Positions 59,864 through 64,000 of a stretch of 64,000 bases of DNA are shown here, one piece after another. Below the pieces are notes generated by a model that was given only the letters and a program-made list of their open reading frames with translations, did not search any database and was not told where the DNA came from. How positions within the stretch are numbered: position 1 is the stretch's first letter; each line of letters begins with the position of its first letter. The translations under genes were made by a program, and so were the position numbers. This stretch comes from Pirellulales bacterium. GTDB lineage: Bacteria; Planctomycetota; Planctomycetia; Pirellulales; DATAWG01. The stretch covers positions 10,844 through 74,843 of the forward strand of contig DASZFO010000312.1 of assembly GCA_035939775.1 (NCBI GenBank). The letters run 5' to 3'.

Positions 59864-59970
59864 GAGCCGCGATTGGGCTATAATCGTTGGGGAAAGAACG
59901 ATCGACCAGGTTGCGTCTTCAGGTCCAGCTTTCGTGGTTTATTCGTACTTCGCACTTCGTACTTTGTACT
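59830..59970. repeat. Inverted heptamer arrays
   Basis: AAGTACG-type x4 (59830-59857) facing TCGTACT-type x4 (59943-59970). Confidence 0.8.
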
Positions 59971-59977
59971 TGATATC

Positions 59978-60376
59978 ATGGAGCCGTTGATCAGCATTAC
60001 GCTCGACAGGCACCAACAAGTTCATCAACCGGGGCAAACGCTGCGCGGCGAATATCAGATCGATGCGATCGATCCGGCTGAGATTCGAGCGGTGGAGTTG
60101 TCGGTGCTGTGGTACACCGAGGGAAAGGGGGACGAAGACCTCGCCGTTCATTATTTCGAGCGGCTCACGGCCGAAGACATGCTTGCCACCAGTCTGCACG
60201 AATTGCGCCGCTTTCAAACGGAGCTGCCCAATAGCCCGCTGAGCTACGAGGGGGTGCTGGTGAAGATTCGTTGGTGCGTGCGGGTGCGGGTGTTCTTGCA
60301 AAGTGGGAAGGATTTCCTCGGGGAGCGCGGATTTCAATTAGGCGAAGTGCCCTACGCCCAGGCGGTCTTGCCATGA
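59978..60376 (+). CDS. Small arrestin-N/Spo0M-like hypothetical protein
   Basis: PGQTLRG, LSVLWYTEGKGDED, LPNSPLSYEG, IRWCVRVR. Confidence 0.55.
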   Translation: MEPLISITLDRHQQVHQPGQTLRGEYQIDAIDPAEIRAVELSVLWYTEGKGDEDLAVHYFERLTAEDMLATSLHELRRFQTELPNSPLSYEGVLVKIRWCVRVRVFLQSGKDFLGERGFQLGEVPYAQAVLP

Positions 60377-61098
60377 CTCGATTCAGCGATTCAGAATCTG
60401 TCCAAGAACGGCTGGCCGAAACGGGGGCCGAAAGGGGGGCAGTCCCCTTTTGTTCCGACGACCATCGCGGCGACGATGCCAGCACAAAAGGGAACAGTCC
60501 CCCAGTCAACCCGTTCGCAACGCGATACGTGCGCCCTGGGGCGATTCCGTTTCTGTTTCCGCGGTCGGTCGATGCAACGCGACTTGTCGCGCGGCTGCGA
60601 GATTTCGGCTGGCGCGGCGCGATCATCGGCCCGCATGGAAGCGGCAAATCGACGCTCTTGGAATCGCTGCGGCCCGAATTGCATCGGGTGGGTCGCCGCA
60701 TCGTGAGCGCTGGTTTGCATGATGGTGAACGATCATTGCCGCGAGCGTTTCTTGACTCGCAGCCGTGGAATCCGGGTACGGTCCTGGTTGTCGACGGTTA
60801 CGAACAACTGAGCGTGTGGAATCGTTGGCGGCTCGAGCGGCACTGTCGCCGCGACGGTTGTGGGCTGCTCGTCACCTCGCATCACCCCACGCGGCTTCCC
60901 GAGCTGTATCGAACGGGTGCTAGTTGCGAATTGCTCGAGCTGGTGGTCGAGTACTTGTTGGAAGATAACTGGAAACTGATTTCATCCGCCGACGTCCGCC
61001 GAGCGCATTCATTTCATGGCGAGAACGTGCGCGAGGCTCTGTTCGCGCTTTACGATTTGCACGAGATCCGCTCCCGGATGGAGTTGGCGCGATTGTAG
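60373..61098 (+). CDS. Small P-loop AAA-type ATPase
   Basis: ATGA overlap; NPF motif, Walker A GPHGSGKST, Walker B VLVVDGYEQL, GENVREALF. Confidence 0.75.
   Translation: MTRFSDSESVQERLAETGAERGAVPFCSDDHRGDDASTKGNSPPVNPFATRYVRPGAIPFLFPRSVDATRLVARLRDFGWRGAIIGPHGSGKSTLLESLRPELHRVGRRIVSAGLHDGERSLPRAFLDSQPWNPGTVLVVDGYEQLSVWNRWRLERHCRRDGCGLLVTSHHPTRLPELYRTGASCELLELVVEYLLEDNWKLISSADVRRAHSFHGENVREALFALYDLHEIRSRMELARL
60431..60502. repeat. AGTCCCC/AAAAGGG palindromic element in frame in the ATPase N-terminus
   Basis: AAAGGGGGGCAGTCCCCTTTTGT...ACAAAAGGGAACAGTCCCC; related core GACTGTCCCCTTT in the 31748 MITE loop. Confidence 0.55.
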
Positions 61099-61502
61099 GG
61101 ATTGCGGGCTTTGCGCCGACGATTCGTCTCTTCTCCGCTGGCGCGGCCAGCCTGCGCCGTAGCTGAGTTTGCCGGAATTCGGCCCTCGATCGCTGTCGTT
61201 CGGGCACGGAATTCTCGTGAATTCCGCTACGATCCTGCCGCCGCGTTGCCGTGTGCGTGCAATCGCAAACTACACTTGCACAAGCTATCGCTCGGCGGCG
61301 CACGCCAGCATTGCGGAGCGCGTTGCCAATCGGTGGCTCGCGCCGTTTAGCTGCGCGGCGCACTTTGCGCCGACAGCAGCAGCAGCGCAGAACTAATCTT
61401 CTTCCAAATTGCGTTTTGACTTCAGAGATTCGTTGACACGACCGGGGCCCACCGGTCTAACAAACAGAGAGCATCTCTATCCTCTTCTCGCGGAGTGTCG
61501 TC

Positions 61503-62621
61503 ATGTCGCCATTCAAAAATCGTTCGATTCTCGCCATCTCGTGCATCGCGCTCACGCTGGCGCTTCCTGCCGAAACGCAGGCGTGCTGGTTGACCCATTG
61601 TTTCGCGCCCGCGGCGCCGGCCGCGCCCGCCCTGCAACAGGTGAATTACGTGCCGCAGACAAGTTACCGCACCGTTTATAGTCCGGTTGCGGTGACGAGC
61701 TATCGGCCGATTACGACCGCCGATCCTTGCACGGGCTGTCCAGTGACTTCGCTCGCGCCTGTGACGACATACGTGCAGCGGCCGGTGGTGGTTCCCTACA
61801 CGACATATCGCCCGGTGATCACCACGGTAATGATGCCGCCGGTCGCGCCGGCTTGTCCGTGTTCCACTTGCTCGTCGTGCGCGACGGGTGCCTGTGCCGC
61901 GCCAACATTGGCGTATTACGCGCCGCCTGCGGTCGCCGCGCCGGCGCCAAGCTGCGGATGCGGCGCCTCGGCGGCGGGCCCGCCAACGAGTTCGTATTAC
62001 GCGCCGCAAACGGCGAGCTATTACGCGCCTGCGACCACACGCTACTACGCGCCGCAGACTTCGAGCTACTACGCGCCCGCGCCGTCCGCCACGACGAGTT
62101 ACTATGCGCCCCCGGCGGCCGGTTCGACGACCACGTATTACTCGCCGAGCTACTCCACGACCGCACCGTCCGCCGCGACGACCAACCCACCGATAAGCAG
62201 CTATTACAACGGCTATCCGTCGTATGTGTCGCCAGGACCGGTGAACTTTGGCTCGCCTTCCTCGCCCGGCGCGGGCGCGTCGACCGGTGCGCCGACGCTG
62301 CCGAATTCGGGCAACTCGTCGGCAACGGGGTCAGGATCAACGCAGGTGCAGAAACCTGCCGACAGTAGTAACCCTCCGCCGGAAGCTCCGAAGCAAGCGC
62401 CGATTCCGGACAGCAAGGACCCGGCCAAGGCGAATTCAACCGGAATCCTCAAATACTCGGAGCCGGAAGGCCGGACAACGTCGATGCCGATCATGCGACC
62501 TTGGTCGTACACCGCGGTCAATTGGCCCCGCGTGACAACCGCCTCGACGGTCCGCCCGGCAATGGGGGTCGCGCCGGCGGCGGAAGCCGGCGATGGCGAT
62601 GCCTGGCACGCGGCCCGATAG
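61503..62621 (+). CDS. Secreted Tyr/Thr/Val/Pro/Cys-rich low-complexity protein
   Basis: Signal peptide ..ETQA; YTV-rich segment, Cys clusters, YYAP repeats; RBS GGAG. Confidence 0.75.
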   Translation: MSPFKNRSILAISCIALTLALPAETQACWLTHCFAPAAPAAPALQQVNYVPQTSYRTVYSPVAVTSYRPITTADPCTGCPVTSLAPVTTYVQRPVVVPYTTYRPVITTVMMPPVAPACPCSTCSSCATGACAAPTLAYYAPPAVAAPAPSCGCGASAAGPPTSSYYAPQTASYYAPATTRYYAPQTSSYYAPAPSATTSYYAPPAAGSTTTYYSPSYSTTAPSAATTNPPISSYYNGYPSYVSPGPVNFGSPSSPGAGASTGAPTLPNSGNSSATGSGSTQVQKPADSSNPPPEAPKQAPIPDSKDPAKANSTGILKYSEPEGRTTSMPIMRPWSYTAVNWPRVTTASTVRPAMGVAPAAEAGDGDAWHAAR

Positions 62622-62678
62622 CCCGATCGCGGCTCCCATGAACTGATCGCCGAACTCCAGCGTTCGGAGACCCACGCG

Positions 62679-62713
62679 ACCCATTCTGCCGATGCGGCAG
62701 AATGGGTTTTTTA
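62679..62713 (+). terminator. Rho-independent terminator
   Basis: ACCCATTCTGCCG-atg-CGGCAGAATGGGT followed by a T tract. Confidence 0.85.
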
Positions 62714-62741
62714 TTTGCCGTCGATCGTCAATAATCACGGC

Positions 62742-63734
62742 ATGGCCACCAATCTCACTCCGCAATACCACAAGGCTGAGGAGCAGTATCGTCGCGCGGC
62801 GACGACCGAGGAGGAGCTGCACTGGTTGGAGATCATGTATCGCGAGATGCCGAAGCACAAGGCGTCCGAAAAGCTCCAGTCCGAACTCAAGCAGAAGATC
62901 AGCCGCACGAAGAAGGACTTGGACGCCGAGCGCAAAACGGCCCACAAAGGCCAAAGCGTTCGCGTGCCTCGGCAAGGAGCCGGGACAGCAATCGTGCTTG
63001 GCGGCCCCAACAGTGGCAAGAGCCAGTTGATCGCCGCGCTTACGAGGGCCAAACCGGAAATCGCGCCGTATCCCTTCACGACCCGCGCGCCGCTTCCCGG
63101 CATGATGCCCTGGGAAGACGTGATGGTGCAGATGATCGACACGCCGCCGATCACGCGCGATTATCTCGAGTCGTACATGCAGGGACTGATTCGCGGCGCC
63201 GACTTGGCGCTGCTCCTGGTCGATCTGGGGAGCGACGATGGCATCGACCAACTGCAAGAATTGCTCGATCGGCTGAATCAGACGAAAACGCGTCTGGGAA
63301 AGATTTCGCGTCTCGACGAGAACGATCTCGGCGTTTCGTACACGGCTACGCTGCTCGTGCCGAACAAGATCGATCTTCCCGAGGCCGCCGATCGGCTGAA
63401 AATGCTGCATGAGCTATGTCCCTTGGAGTTTCCCGAGCTTCCGATCTCCGCCGCGCACGGCCAGGGTCTCGAGCGATTGCGCGGCGCCGTTTTTCAATCC
63501 CTCGACGTGATACGCGTCTACACGAAGCTGCCGACGGCAAAGGAAGCCGATTTCGAGCGTCCCTTCACGATCCCCCGCGGCCATACACTGCAAGATGTTG
63601 CGGAGTTGGTTCGCAAGGATTTCGCCGAGCATCTGAAGTTTGCCAAGATTTGGGGAACCGGCGTCCACGACGGGACGGTTGTCAAAAGGGACCACGTGAT
63701 GCACGATAAGGACGTGGTGGAATTGCACACGTAG
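62742..63734 (+). CDS. OBG/DRG-like GTPase with C-terminal TGS domain
   Basis: MATNLTPQY, PKHKASEK, GGPNSGKS, PYPFTT, DTPP, NKID, IRVYTK, DKDVVELH. Confidence 0.85.
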   Translation: MATNLTPQYHKAEEQYRRAATTEEELHWLEIMYREMPKHKASEKLQSELKQKISRTKKDLDAERKTAHKGQSVRVPRQGAGTAIVLGGPNSGKSQLIAALTRAKPEIAPYPFTTRAPLPGMMPWEDVMVQMIDTPPITRDYLESYMQGLIRGADLALLLVDLGSDDGIDQLQELLDRLNQTKTRLGKISRLDENDLGVSYTATLLVPNKIDLPEAADRLKMLHELCPLEFPELPISAAHGQGLERLRGAVFQSLDVIRVYTKLPTAKEADFERPFTIPRGHTLQDVAELVRKDFAEHLKFAKIWGTGVHDGTVVKRDHVMHDKDVVELHT

Positions 63735-63735
63735 G

Positions 63736-63885
63736 GGCCAGAGACCGGGGGCCAGAGGCCAGAAGGCGCGCGGAGATCGAGTGTTATGCCTTTTTTGGGA
63801 ATCTTGGGAACATCTGACGTTCCTCGTAGTGCCGACCTTCGTTCGGCATGCTTTTCTGGCCCCCGGCCTCTGGCCCCCGGCCTCT
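63736..63885. repeat. Inverted heptamer arrays
   Basis: GGCCAGA-type x4 (63736-63763) facing TCTGGCC/CCCGGCC x4 (63855-63882). Confidence 0.75.
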
Positions 63886-63889
63886 TCCT

Positions 63890-64000
63890 ATGACCAACTC
63901 CGAAATCGCAAGTGCCTTCGAGCAGATCGCCGACCTGCTGGAATTCCAGGGGGCGAATGCGTTTCGCGTGCGCGCGTATCGCAATGCCGGTCGGACGCTG
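63890..64000 (+). CDS. polX: DNA polymerase X family protein, 5' part (runs off the window)
   Basis: [37 protein letters not shown]. Confidence 0.85.
   Translation, partial: MTNSEIASAFEQIADLLEFQGANAFRVRAYRNAGRTL

Noticed and set aside
61100..61500. Riboswitch or ncRNA in the 400-nt intergenic region
   Set aside because: Only short GC hairpins; no family consensus recognisable by eye, so an Rfam scan would be needed

Overview
High-GC bacterial chromosomal segment, most likely Planctomycetota (Pirellulales-like; inferred from gene content and repeat families). From left to right: (1) a ~17.7 kb minus-strand type IV pilus/T2SS-like operon (three prepilin-type proteins, a PilX-like protein, PilM/N/O, secretin, TPR lipoprotein, an embedded histidine kinase/response regulator/STAS module, PilB, PilC), in which one pseudopilin carries a ~480-aa Ser/Thr/Gly tail built from 105-bp tandem repeats; (2) nadC, comEA-like, uvrB and a probable PPi-type PEP carboxykinase; (3) a circularly permuted ATP-grasp / alpha-E / transglutaminase-DUF2126 operon behind a sigma54-like promoter, followed by a 61-bp MITE, a DUF433/DUF5615 pair whose toxin has an in-frame TAG, a second transglutaminase and a gamma-glutamylcyclotransferase; (4) a ~19 kb MoxR/DUF58/BatA-vWA envelope cluster with a beta-propeller protein, two SIMPL paralogues, a secreted alpha/alpha-barrel protein, coiled-coil proteins and a convergent TlpA, interrupted by a small HicB-bearing insert; (5) pcrA/uvrD, a stand-alone RNAP alpha-CTD protein, a DUF3592/arrestin-like/ATPase trio, a secreted Tyr/Thr/Val/Cys-rich repeat protein, a TGS GTPase and the 5' end of polX. 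Several REP-like palindromes and inverted heptamer arrays are present, some in frame inside genes. I saw no rRNA, tRNA or CRISPR array. All family calls come from motif recognition by eye, not database searches; start codons refined from the ORF track are my estimates.
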